Below are positions 36,883 through 49,871 of a stretch of DNA of 64,000 nucleotides, in pieces. Source of the DNA: Octopus bimaculoides (Eukaryota); contig NC_068983.1 in assembly GCF_001194135.2 (NCBI RefSeq), forward strand, positions 120,341,907-120,405,906. Direction: 5' to 3'. The notes under the pieces were generated by a model. The model saw nothing but the letters and a program-made list of their open reading frames with translations, had not been told where the DNA came from and did no database searches. The translations under genes and the position numbers were made by a program. Each line of letters starts with the position of its first letter. Within the stretch, counting starts at the first letter, position 1.

Positions 36883-38427
36883 ACATTCCAACGTCTCAGC
36901 AACCATGCCTATTTTCCTCCATAAATAAATATTGTTGTGTTGATAGTTCAGAGTTCTGCGGTATGTTGTTTATTTAGAATTTAATATAGGAAAGCAGGTG
37001 TACACCTAATGGTGTATAACCACTTTCCTATAAGCTAAATGTGTTGTTGAATGTTTCCTCAAGTCAAGTTTCAGTTGCAAGGGCATGGTTTTACGGTAAA
37101 TGATTTTGTCAGGTTACATACTGTTTACGTTAATTTATCTTATCAACACATTCCATTCATACTACCACGAGAGACTCAAAAAGCAGACCCGTGCAAAGCT
37201 GGTGATAGGCTAAGCCAGATGTGAAACGTAGGCCCCATTTCAAATGATAATTATCCGTGACAAAATGTAAAAAAATAGGCTTCATATCAAATAGCTTATG
37301 TAATCAATGCTAAATACAAATAAGTTATGTATGGGTTACAAGTATATGCATGTACCGGTATATGTAGTACAAGTGGTATACTGAAACGTAACAGAACACA
37401 ATAAAAGAACTAGAATGATTTTAAAAATTATACTTCTTATCAGAGACTTTTCTTTTACCCTCTAACTGGCGAAGAGAAACCCCTTCCCTCATAATCGTGA
37501 GCCCATACTATCTGCTCCATACTCTGTTTGGGCCTGCTCAAATGAATTTCATTTTAAGAACATGTTTAACATTAAATTCACCTCCACCTTGTTTTTATGA
37601 ATGTTGTAAATCAAAATTAACTTTCTCTGTATAAATGACTACCATTAAAAAAAAAAAAAAAAAGTAATAACGAATTTTGGAAGTGAACACGAGCTATTTT
37701 AAAACACAACTTATAAAATTATTATTCTGGTTGCCTGGAATCGAACTCGGAATTAGTAGCTTGCGATCTTAACCACTACGCAATAATGCCGTGGATTATA
37801 AAACTTAGACAGAAAACAGCCAATAATTCTGGAGGTATATAGATAGTATATATATAAAAAAAAACTGAGTTTATGGCATAATATGAAAGATTATCATCAA
37901 TTTTAATCTTCAGATATATATCATTCCATTACTAGCCTGTTAGACTTCCTCACGGAGGAGAGAACTAGATTCGATATACTGTATGTTGTTTCTGGCTCAG
38001 TGGGGTGGAGGAATTTCTGTTTCAAGGTTCAAATTTGCGTGTTAGAACTATTTTTAAGGTGCCGTATTTTAATTTTTTTTTTCCCTGATGCACTCTATTC
38101 TTCAATGACGATACTGGAGACAATGTCTGTAAGTTGGTATTTTTCACTTCATAATACATATATCCGAACCCTTAGCAGATGTTTAATACTGAGGTTAGTG
38201 TAATGCCATTTTGTGAATAGATGCTCGGTCTTGTAATTGTTTCTGAAACGGTTAGTTCCTGGATTCTTAGCCAAGAATTGAAACTTTAGCCCAAATTTTT
38301 CTGTACGTTTCTTTCTTTTGTTCATAGTATTTGTACTTGGGAATTTACAAGAGTCAACTGACATAGTTCGTTCAACTTAAATAAGCCTTATTCATTTCCT
38401 CAACGTCTAAAGTGAAACGAATTGAGT

Positions 38428-38739
38428 CTCAGAATTGTCACTTTCGTTCGTTAGTTTTCATGAAAAATTTATTTATTTACTTTTGACGTGTCGAAGAGGA
38501 AGCTGATAGGTGCGCGCGCGTTCTGTTTTATGTATTTGTATTCACTCTCTCACGATAACAAAAAGTGTCGCATTCTAAACTTGAGAAAAGACTTGCATTA
38601 TAAATATGCGTGTGTGAGTGGGCGGCGTTAATGAATGTGTTAAATTTGTCTTTATTAATGTAAATCGAATTATACATAGATATATATATACAAGATCTGA
38701 TAAACACGGAAACTAACGAACGAAAGTGACAATTCTGAG
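38428..38739. repeat. 312-bp segment bounded by a perfect 30-bp inverted repeat (MITE-like)
   Basis: CTCAGAATTGTCACTTTCGTTCGTTAGTTT at 38428-38457 and its exact reverse complement at 38710-38739. Confidence 0.75.
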
Positions 38740-39194
38740 TGATTGTCAAAAATACCAATAAAAGCCTAACTTTCAACCTTTATCTATTATGAAATGTGCT
38801 GGTACTGAAGCTCATTACAATCATTATTTCCATCTACATCGCCAATGTTAGCAGGTCATTAATTTAGCAGCCTTCTGCTGGGCCTGTAATGTCAACAAAC
38901 GTTAAAGAACGCCATGACTAGCTATACTAAATTTGTTCAAGAGAGGGTTCATCAAAAGAAATTCGGTTCACATGAATTATGGAGAAAACCCTATAAAAAA
39001 AAAAAACCTATAACCATAGCAAACTTTTTTCCCTACAGTCAATGGATTACAAGTAATCTCATCATCTCAGTCAAAGCCATAATATTTACTAAGAACTTTC
39101 CAACCATCAAGTTTTACACTTGTTCAATTGTCTCAAGAAGTGCTTTCTTACTTCATGGAAGAAGTTTGTACTTTGCTCAATTTTTATAAACATC

Positions 39195-39583
39195 TTAATA
39201 TAGGCCAATTAGCCTATTGAACATCAACCAAAATGTTCGAATCTACCATTAATAAACATGCTATTAACCACTTGAATAAAGTCAATCTTCCTAGTGACAA
39301 GCAATATGGTTTTTAGTTCACTACTGACACTAACGGTAAAAGTAGTGCAGAATATTGGATAGCAGCTTTGATGTTCATGCTATTGCCTTAGAGATCTCCA
39401 ATGCATTTAACAAGGTATGGCATAAAGGATAACTTTGGTAGATCTCGTAGAGTCTTTTCCACCATCAAATCTTTCCTAACGAGAAATCTGAAAGATGTCG
39501 TCAACGATCAAACCTCTGACAATTATGAAATCAATGTAAATGTATTTCAGGGATTTGTACTGGGATCTGTGCTCTTCTTGTAG
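39195..39583 (+). mobile_element. CR1/Jockey-type LINE RT fragment
   Basis: YRPISLL...KQYGF...AFNKVWHKG...QGFVLGSVLFL. Related 3' fragments at about 28175-28440 (+) and 59170-59345 (-). Confidence 0.7.
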
Positions 39584-40599
39584 TTCCCATACATTTTTTT
39601 AAACCTGGAACATTTGCATTTACATATATACAACAGTTGAATAAATAAAACAACATTGAAGAAATATCAAATGGAATAATTACTGCATAAAATGCTAAAC
39701 AATAATATGAAGACTGTTCATACTCATTGAGAACGCCCTATCACAAATCTGATTGACATAGCTTTGAGTAGAACTTAAGGTGATTCTAGGCAGAACAAGT
39801 ATAGAAAGAAGGTGAGAGACCATCTCATGAAGTAGACAAGGCTTCATGTGGACTTTTGATAGCTCTAACAGGGTTTCAATTCACCAACTTTTTATAACCT
39901 CAACAGAGGTCCTAGAAGTTTCGACTAAGCTATTTGGCAGGAAGATTCCAGCTCATTTGGTTACACAGAATAATACTTGTTTTGGCAAAGCACTTATTTG
40001 ACCCGAGATCAAGTGCTAACCTGAAACAGTTGCATCATGGGGACCTGATAGTCATTTAAAACACATTCAATGAGGAAATTTGATTCCACTATAAAGTAAA
40101 ATAAATTAACAAATAATGCAACAATATTTTAAATGGATATTCTGAATTTTAGAAAAAGAATAAACAGGAAAAAATAAATGAATAAAGTATTCTATTTTGT
40201 CCAAACTGTTTCCATGAAAGATTGGAAAACAAGATACTGACAAAGTTGGTAAGTATCCTACTTTCTAAGATTGATACAAGGCTACACATTTTGAAGGAGG
40301 AATATGGTTGATTACATTAATCCCAATACTTGTCTTCTTATTCTATCAGCCATAAAATGAAAGGTAAAGTTGATTTCAGCTATTGAACTTCAAACACAAA
40401 TGCACTTAATTAGATACTGCAAGTCATTTTGTCTGATGCTTTATTAATTCTGCCATCTGACTAACTACTGACAAATAAGTTAAAGGGTCATATACTGAAT
40501 AGGGTACAAAAAAAAGAAAAAAAGAAAAAGATTGATTGGAAGAAGAAAACCAAGAACTAATGGTGATTTTCTTAAAGAAAAGGGGGTATAATTCAAAGA

Positions 40600-40826
40600 A
40601 ATTAAGAGATTATTTACATTATTTACATTTGACGGATATTTGTCCTTATCTTGTTTGTTGTTAACACATTTTGACTGATAGACTGATATACCCTCCAGCC
40701 TTCTTCAGGTGTCTTGGGGAAATTTCAAACCTGGGTTCTCATTCCTAAGATATTTTTCGATGTTATTATTATTATTATTATCATTATTGTTCGATTCCAG
40801 GCAGTGACCTGAACAACAACAACAAC

Positions 40827-40860
<34 letters not shown>

Positions 40861-41045
40861 TCGAAAAATACCTTAGGAATGAGAACCCAAGTTTGAAATT
40901 TCCCAAAGACACCTGAAGAAGGCTGGAGGGTATATCAGCCAAAACGTGTTAACAACAAACAAGATGAGGACAAATATCTGTTGAATGTAAATAATGTACA
41001 TAATTCCTCATTCCTTAAATATAGAACTGAATTAAGAGATTATTT
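40600..41045. mobile_element. Inverted-arm hammerhead element, family H copy C, 16-bp TSD
   Basis: TSD AATTAAGAGATTATTT at 40600-40615 and 41030-41045; B-box GTTCGATTCC at 40789-40798 precedes the plus arm; motifs end at 40713 (-) and span 40908-40950 (+). Confidence 0.75.
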
Positions 41046-41135
41046 CAGAAAATTAATTCACATGCTTAGGGAAAAATCTGATTTTTGTTTGTAGGTACTG
41101 GTACAGCTACAGATATGTTTTAATGTTATAAATAA

Positions 41136-42603
41136 CACTGGACAAGATTTTGCTACTTGGGTAAAAGCACATGTTTTAGACTAAATCGAGGATGCTGATT
41201 CTGAATCTGCACTCAGAATTGTTCTAGCACATCAGGATTTTGAGTTATGCACAAGATTATAACTATACTTTTGGCTAGATATAGGCTGTATTTTTCATGC
41301 AAGAAAATAATGCTTGTTTCTGTACTGACGTTAATGCACTCATGCAAAAACTAGGACACATGCATGTGGCTAACAAATGGATATTGTTTATAGACTCGAG
41401 TAAGTTTAGCCTCAAAACTGTGTTGTTACATAATGGTAATGAAAAACCTTCCATTCCCTCTGAGTCATGTCAGTATGGAAGAAACTCATGAATCGATGGA
41501 ACTCAATCTGAAAGGAGTTAATTACTCAGTTCATATTTGTGGTGATTTAAAGGTGATTTCCCTCCTCCTAGGACTGCAGTTGGGAAATACTAATATGTGC
41601 TTCTTGTGTGTTTGGAACAGCTGCAACAGCAATCATTACACTGTAAAAGACTGGCCTAAAAAAAATGAGCACATTGTTGGTCAGTACAATATACAGCATA
41701 AGCCACTGGTAGACCCACAAAAGATCTTCCTTCTACCCTTTCACATCAAACTCAGCCTCATGAAAAACTTCATAAAAGCAATGACACACGATTGTTGTGG
41801 CTTCCATATCAGGTATCCTCACAAGAAAAAAATCCGGGCTAGTCTGGGGAATGTGAAGGCCAGTTGACATTGCCATAGCGGGATATTATTCTCTCTCCAA
41901 AACACTGCCGTAGCAACTGCATTGTTTCTCTTGCAGTATGAGGAGTTGCCCCATCTTGCTGGAACCATGTGTGAGGTTTACTTTGAATGGCCAGGTGTGA
42001 GAAGGTGTCAGTCATGGATACCTGAAAGAGAGGGTTTATGTCAACAAACTGGAGACCCTGGTGCAGCTGAAGGAGAACAGCAATAGAGAAATCAGAGAAG
42101 TGGGGTCCGAAGCTCTTGAGGGTGTTATGGTGCAGGTTTTGGAAAGAACATAGGCTTGCGAAGCCGATAATAGCTGCCATTTAAGCGATGTTATTTTTGA
42201 TGTGTGATGTAGTGGTGTTACAAAATTTGACTTGTGCATATTAATTTCCATTATGTCTTTTATATTGTATCAAAATTTCATGCATTTATTTGTAAAGTTA
42301 AGGAAGTTAATAAAAATTGAAACTCATCAGTGACTTTTGGGATACTCTCTATCATAATACTATTTGCCTTGAACATAGATATACTATATACAGTACTAAT
42401 ACACTATTATAATAATTATTTACCTTGAACTTAACTATTCCTGATACTGATGTAGTATTAATATATATTTATGTGCATAACTCAAAATCTTGATGTGCTA
42501 CAGTAATTCTGAGTTTACATTTGGAATCAGCGTACTCGATTTAGTTTAGTACAGCACCATTTGTCTGGGTAGCACACAATAAATATTTTTTTATTGCCCA
42601 GTG
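41136..42603 (+). mobile_element. Chapaev3-like (CMC superfamily) DNA transposon, internally deleted
   Basis: Ends CACTGG...CCAGTG with TAA on both sides. Transposase fragments WILFIDSSKFSLKTVLLHNGN, ICGDLKVISLLLG, CFLCVW and LPFHIKLSLMK. Family name is from recalled motifs, not a search. Confidence 0.7.
41809..42350. mobile_element. Tc1/mariner-type 3' fragment with inverted 5' part, nested in the Chapaev3-like element
   Basis: Minus strand 41809-41995: WFQQDGATPHTARETM...WPSHSPD. Plus strand from 42016: GYLKERVYVN...CHLSDVIF, followed by a TIR-like end. Confidence 0.7.
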
Positions 42604-43044
42604 TAATCCACTGAAACCTATTTTGATCAATTGACAAAAGTGCTTTGTTCAATTATGCATTCATTTTATGTCCATTTTCCAAGCTAGAATGGATTGGATG
42701 AATACTTATTGAGGCACTGTTTTACAGCTAGATATCTTTCCTGCCACTAATATCTTTCCAGTAAGAGGTATTTCTGAAAGAATAAAGCAAGAGAATGCTT
42801 GTTGGCATGGAATGCCAACATACTTTTTATTCTTTTATGTGTTTCAGTCATTTGATTGCAGCCATGCTGGAGCACTGTCTTAAAGGGTTTTAGACAAAAA
42901 AATCAACCCCAGGACTTATTCTTTGTAAGTTTAGTAATTATTCTATCAGTTCTTTGGCTGAACTGCTAGGTTAAGAGAACATAAATACACTGGCATTGGT
43001 TGTCAAGTGATGGCGGGGGACAAACACAGACACACACTCAAACA

Positions 43045-43075
<31 letters not shown>

Positions 43076-43088
43076 GTATATATATATA

Positions 43089-43260
43089 TCTATATATATA
43101 AAAGGGAGATTCTGTCTGTTTGTCCCACAAGACGTAATTGAGATACCATCTCATTTACAAGCGTGGGTATTTTGTCCACTTTCACACTTTAACTATGGTG
43201 ATGATGATGGTGTGACCAGAGCTAAAGTGCCAAAATTTTCAAAGAATCGACACCTTTCAA
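43089..43260 (+). mobile_element. Helitron-like 5' end
   Basis: Begins TCTATATATATAAAAG; a related copy starts at 44271 (shared GATTCTGTCT...TTTGTCCCACAA). Confidence 0.4.
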
Positions 43261-43419
43261 TCTTTCTCTCCCCCACTCTCTCTCTCTCTATTTATCTTTC
43301 TGTCTTTCTATTTGATTGGAAATTGTCCTATGGCAAGAATGGTCAATGTTCAAGACAGTGACAACCGCCACATCATTTATTTATTCAAAGATGGTCTGTT
43401 CTGCACAATTAAACACTGT

Positions 43420-43473
<54 letters not shown>

Positions 43474-43786
43474 NNNNNNNNNNNNNNNNNNNNNNNNNNN
43501 NNNNNNNNNNNNNNNNNNNNNNNNNNNNNNNNNNNNNNNNNNNNNNNNNNNNNNNNNNNNNNNNNNNNNNNNNNNNNNNNNNNNNNNNNNNNNNNNNNNN
43601 NNNNNNNNNNNNNNNNNNNNNNNNNNNNNNNNNNNNNNNNAATCTAATGCCTGAAATGAGTAAAAGGTGAAAAGAAAGACAAAATTATAAGAGTGGGTGT
43701 TTTATCCACTTTCACCAACAGAGTGTAACTCTAAAGAAATGGCACTACTATTTTTTTGTCTGTCTGTCTCTCTCTTTCTCTAAAAG

Positions 43787-43826
<40 letters not shown>

Positions 43827-46800
43827 TATTCATTCATGTTTCAGATACACCTATTTGTCTAACTTCTCTGTTCAGATATAAATATACAAATTTCCTTCAC
43901 ATAAGCAGAGACAATCTGACAGTGAAGCCATACGCACACAGGCACAAATTCACAGTGAAACAAAAATCAGCGACACACGAACAAAAAAACAATTGCACAA
44001 CGCCTTGCCCTGCATTCCTGTAATATTGCTTTGGAATTTCTGCAAAAACACTGACACAATTCAGCATTTGTAAATTCATTTCACCATTACTTTCTGATAT
44101 TCACACATCATTTGTACTTCCATTTCACGACAACTTACTGATATTCCTTATCAAAAACATTTCTCATTCCCTTAAGCTATTGTTCTATATGATATACATA
44201 TTTTCCTAACATAGCGTCCAAATTTCATTTCACTATTAATTACTGATATTTATTACCAAGAAAATCTTCTTCTATATATATAATAGATGGATTCTGTCTA
44301 TTTGTCCCACAAACTGAAACTAAAACCAGACATCATCTCTCAATGATTTTCTTTCTTCTTGTTAAGTTATGAATTCACATTGTTAGGAATCTCAGAAGGT
44401 GAAGTTTACAAGAAACTTGCAGACATATTTAAAGTATATTTTTAAAGAACCAATAGATGCTCTCTTTGCACTTACCCAATCTGCAAGAAATGTCAACCAA
44501 ATTGCCCTTAAAACTTACACTACCATCTTAAAAAAACACAAAAGATAATATAATTCCAGATTCATTGTGTCTAAATAAACAATGAGATAGTCAACAATGA
44601 TGCAATTTTTATCACAGAATGGACTAAAAAGGATCATTCCATTTTCACCAAAAGAACATTTACCTATATCATTTCAAATAAATTGTTCCCAAATCTTATG
44701 CTAACAATTTAAAACACATAACCTTTAATCTAAATATTACTTCCTGTTTCTCTTCTACCCAGACAAACTCATTATCTTTTGTCTGTTAAGAGTTGTTCCA
44801 CAGCTGTTGCCTGGATGTTCTTAGTATCTTCTCTAGTGTATATTTATTCTATATCTTCTTATCCATTAGCTGTCTTCCAAACTCTAAAAAATTGTCTTAG
44901 AGTCTTTGTCTATACATGTAGCTGTCGATGAAGTTTAGAAGCATCTGTCCATTTCTATACCATTTCTTCTCTTTATTGAATGTTATTTTCTCAAACTTCT
45001 AGTTTTGCACTTGAGTTCCATTCTATCTCAACAATTGACTTTGAATTATTGACCACTCCATTCATCAATCTCTCTGTTTGCTTCCCATCTCTCAGACAGA
45101 CTAAATAAGGGTAACCAGTTGAAAGATTTAACTGATGTTTGTACTACAAATCTGATGCATTGTAGCCTATTCCTTTTTAGTACTAGTGTATTGATCTCAG
45201 TGTCTGCTATTATTACCAGTGAAGCTACCTGTTACAATTACCATAGCCATGTCTAACCTGAGGGCAGTTTCAGTAGAGTCTTTCTTATGAGGTTTATCTG
45301 CCTATTTGTGGAACATCAGTGTAGTTTACAATAACTATTCTGTTGTCTATTACAGACAGTGTATATAATTTGGTGAAGGAGTGTAGCTTAGTAGTTAGGG
45401 TATTCAGTTCAGGACCATCATGTTATGAGTTTGATTCCTGCTGGTGCATTATGTCTGTGAGCAAGACACTTTATTTCATGTTGCTCCAGTCCACTCAGCT
45501 GGCAAAAGTGAATTGTACCTTTAGTTCAATGGGCCAGCCTTGTCATATGAGTGTGTCATGTTGAATCTCCCTGAGAAATATGCTAAGGGTATGCATGTCT
45601 GTGGAGTGCTCAGCCACTTGCACGTTAATCTCACGAGCAAGCAGTTCCGTTGGTCAAATCAATTGGAATACATGTTGTAACCAATGGAGTGCTCAGCCAT
45701 ATAATTTTTACAGTGAACTACAGCAGGTCAAATTGGTTTTTCCTCAACAGGTATTTTATTCTAATCCAAAACCATTAATTAAAACAAAAAAACTATTTAT
45801 TGTTTAAATCAATGAATTATATCCATCTCCATATTTACAACCATGTGGACTGGAACAATCATCTAACTTTATACTGGCACTCTGTTGGTTACGATGACAA
45901 GGATTCCAGTTGATCTGATCAATGGAACAGCCTGCTTGTGAAATTAACATGCAAGTGGCTGAGCACTTCACAAATACATGTACCACTAATGTAGTTCTCA
46001 GTGGTATTCAGCATGACACAGAGTGTGACAAGGCTGACCCTTTGAAATACCAGTACAATTCATTTTGCCAGCTGAGTGAATTGCAGCAATATGAAATAAA
46101 ATGTCTTGCTCAAGGACACAATGCATCACCAGGAACTGAACTCATGACCATGTGATCGTGAGCTGAATACCCAAACCACCAAGCCATGCATTTTCAAATA
46201 ACTATATAATACATAATCAAGTAAATTCACCCTTTATAGTTCAATAAGTCATAGAAGTAATATGATCACCTCATTGTAGGTGTTTATCATTTATCTTTTA
46301 CTTGTTCCAGTTATTGGACTGTGACTATGTGGAGGTACCACCTCGAAGAGTTTAGTCGAACAAATCGACACCAATGTTTATTTGTAAATCTGGTACTTAT
46401 TCTATTGATCTCTTTTGCTGAACTGTTCAGTCATGGAAGTGTAAACTAAGCAACACCAGTAGTCAAATAGTTGTGGGGGAAAACACATTACACAAACACA
46501 TACACACACACATATACCCCCTCACACACATGCATATCTGATGGGCTTCTTTCAGTTTCCATTGTTTCCATCTACCAAATCTACTCACAAGGTTTTTGTT
46601 TTCCTGGGACAGTAAAAAGACATTTGCAGTGGGACTAAACCCAAGACCACATGACTGAGAAACATGTTTCGTAACCACACCGCTATACCTGTGCCTAATT
46701 TGTTGCATTTTTTGTTTGTTTTACAGAGCACAATTTTGTGACAAAATAAATACCAAAATATTTACTTTCTCCTGCAATAGCCACCCATAATTGTCATTCA

Positions 46801-49148
46801 TACAATAGTGGTTCACTCTGAATGACTTCACTGACAATATTGCCTTCTTAAAACTTTCCTAGCAGGTAAGAGGTAAAGAACCCATTTGGTCATAAATTGC
46901 CATGGGATTGCACCTAGAAAACCCCACTCCAAGGCACAAGTCTGGGCAATATTGTTTATGGAAGACTAGCAGTTACCCATGCATATCAGCCTCCCTTCTC
47001 CACACCACTGATGTTGTCCAAGGGAAAGACAAAGGCTGATACAGCTTGGCACCTGTGACACTGCAACCCATTTCTACAGCTGAGTGAACTGGAGCAACGT
47101 GAAATAAAGTGTCTTGCTCAAGAACACAACATACAGCCCAGTTGGGGAATCTAACTCACTATCTCATGATTGTGAGCCCAACGCTCTAACCACTGAATCA
47201 ATGTATCTAGCTGTGATAGAATTAGTAAATTAAAATAATTCTGTAATAGTGATTTCAAATTTTGACACAAGGCCAGCAATTATGGGGAGGAGTTGAGTCA
47301 ATTACATTGACACCAGTGTTCAACTGGCACTTATTATTGACCCTGAAAAGATGAAATTCTGCTAAGCATTTTGCCTGGGTTGCTAATGATTCTGCCAGTT
47401 CACTACCTTAATTAGTTCTGTAATATTGATTTCAAATTTTGGCACAAGGCCAATAATTTTGGAGGAGGGGGTTTACATCAACCCTGTGCTCAACTGGTAC
47501 TCATTTTATTGACTCTGAAAGGATGAAAACCAAAGTTGACTCCAGTAATATTTGAACCCAGAATATAAAGATGGATGAAATGCCATTAAGCATTTTTCCT
47601 GACATGCAAATGATTCTGCCAGCTTGCTGCCTTAACTAGTTTTGTAATATTGATTTCTTTCGATAAGACATTTTTGACATTTACAATACAAGTGAGGAAA
47701 CATAATTGATTGAATCAATACTAAATATTACAGCATATTTTTCAGATCATTGAGAAGATAATAGAAAAGTTTTGTCTTTATATTTATGTCAAAGTGCTAC
47801 AGCAGCCAAAGTAGCTATATTGATAATAGCTTTTTTTTTTTTTTTCTAGTTATAACTGTAACAATTGAATCATCTCAATATTAGTGATATCACCCTCTTC
47901 TGGAATGACAAAGCAGCTCCAGAAAGGCTAGATTTCATCTTCAGAAAACACACAAAATTTAGCCACTAAAAAAGAAAAAATCCAATCTCAACTTGGCCGG
48001 AGCATCTACCTTTTGCCTAGCAGCTTCAGTTCTACCAGGTGTGTGCATATGCATGTACGTGTGTGTGTGTGTGTGTGTATGTGTGTGTGTATGTGTGTAC
48101 TTGCTGACTATATGTCATTGCTATTACCCATCTCTGTCATTCATGTTTCTACTGTATGACACTACTCTGCTAAGCATTTCCGTCATGGGTCTGACCTTTT
48201 CCATCACTCTCAAGCTTTCTTCTGCTCATGTTTCCTACTTATGTAAACATTAAGCTACAAAGAAATCCTACAGAATGTATCTCACCTTGCTGTCCCTGTC
48301 CCTGTCCCTTCCCTAGTCTAAGCTGATTAATATGCAAATGGACTTCCACCCAAGAGTAATTAATTTTTAAAAAATAGCTGTTTAAAAAAGTTGATTTTAA
48401 TATAACTAACATTTAGTCACTGTAGTTGCAGAAAAGAGAATAAATGGCACAACCAGAGCTAATAATTATCTTGTACTGGTGAGTGAGTTTTTATCAATCG
48501 ACTTAGATGGGCCTTTACTGGGTATAGTCTAGGATGTTTGTATGTGTGGTAACATTACCTTCCAAGGTGTGTGTGTAATGTGGTTTATTTTGATTGTTTA
48601 TACTTTAGATATTGCATCAGGTTCCTATAGATTATTTTTCTGAAGATATATAAACATATAAGTAGAATATTTCAGCTGTATAAGTACTTAAAATTCTGCA
48701 TTGCTTACACCATAAGATAATCTCTCTCAGATCACTTTTTACCTCAACAGATTAGCTGTAAAAATCTTTCCAATGTCAAAGTACACATGTACATGTACAC
48801 GTACACACAACATCAGAAATGTGATGTTTCCAAGGAGCAAACATAAGCTGTGCACTCTAAATAGCTTTTATCAGAAAGGTTAGTTATTACGCACCTACAC
48901 AGCATTCACACATATATGTGAATATATATATGTATATAGATTATATAGAGATACAAGGTTAGCATTCCTAACACATGAATGGACAAATTTAGAAAAATTT
49001 TAATGGGTATATTTAAAGACATTAATTTTTTAAAATTACCATTTATATTAAGCTGAGAATCATAAATTTTTTTTAAGGCACCATATTAGAACCAATCCAA
49101 CCATCCCTCTGCAATCACAAGAATCATAGTATTGTCATCAGAGAGAAT

Positions 49149-49831
49149 ATCCAACCTATATATATATATATATATAAGAATAAGGGCAGGGAATCGTCAA
49201 TTAATAATAGAATTAATAATTAACAATTTTGCCAAGTAGTTCAGTATGAAAAAACCTTTATCGGTAAAACCATTTATCATCATAAATATACAGGGATTAG
49301 CATTGAGTTGCTTCTCCAACATACTGAAAATTTAGAAATAGCAGTCAAAGAACTACTGATTCTAAAGTTAGGTGGTTAAACCGTANNNNNNNNNNNNNNN
49401 NNNNNNNNNNNNNNNNNNNACGGGACTATTTGTGACGCACATGGAATAGATTTCTTTGAGATGGGATGCCTGAACTCACTAGCCGATGAATTCGTAAGTG
49501 CCTTTCTTACCGTTGATTTTTGGTGTCGCATGGCCAAAGATTACCATGAATTTTTTAGTAGACACTTTCAAATTTATCAGAATATCAGACTGATGATTTG
49601 GAATAGGGAAATTTTCATTCCCTTAACCATGAAACGATCGTATCCGATTAACTAAAGACTTGTTTTGTTTATGCTTTCCCCTCCGGTTTTTTGTTCTATG
49701 TGTGCCACAAATATCGCCATCCATTTAGAGAAAAATTTGTAGTTTAGAATCAGTAGTTCTTTGACTGCTATTTCTAAATTTTCAGTATGTTGGAGAAGCA
49801 ACTCAATGCTAATCCCTGTATATTTATGATG

Positions 49832-49862
<31 letters not shown>

Positions 49863-49871
49863 TCCAACCTA
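49149..49871. mobile_element. Penelope-like insertion with perfect 91-bp inverted repeat and a hammerhead motif
   Basis: Arms 49276-49366 and 49743-49833; hammerhead motif 49584-49648 (+); (TA)n at both ends; direct repeat ATCCAACCTA at 49149-49158 and 49862-49871; short N gap inside. Confidence 0.6.

Noticed and set aside
36579-36902. 107-aa minus-strand ORF as a gag or host gene
   Set aside because: It is antisense to Gypsy RT and the probable LTR on the plus strand.
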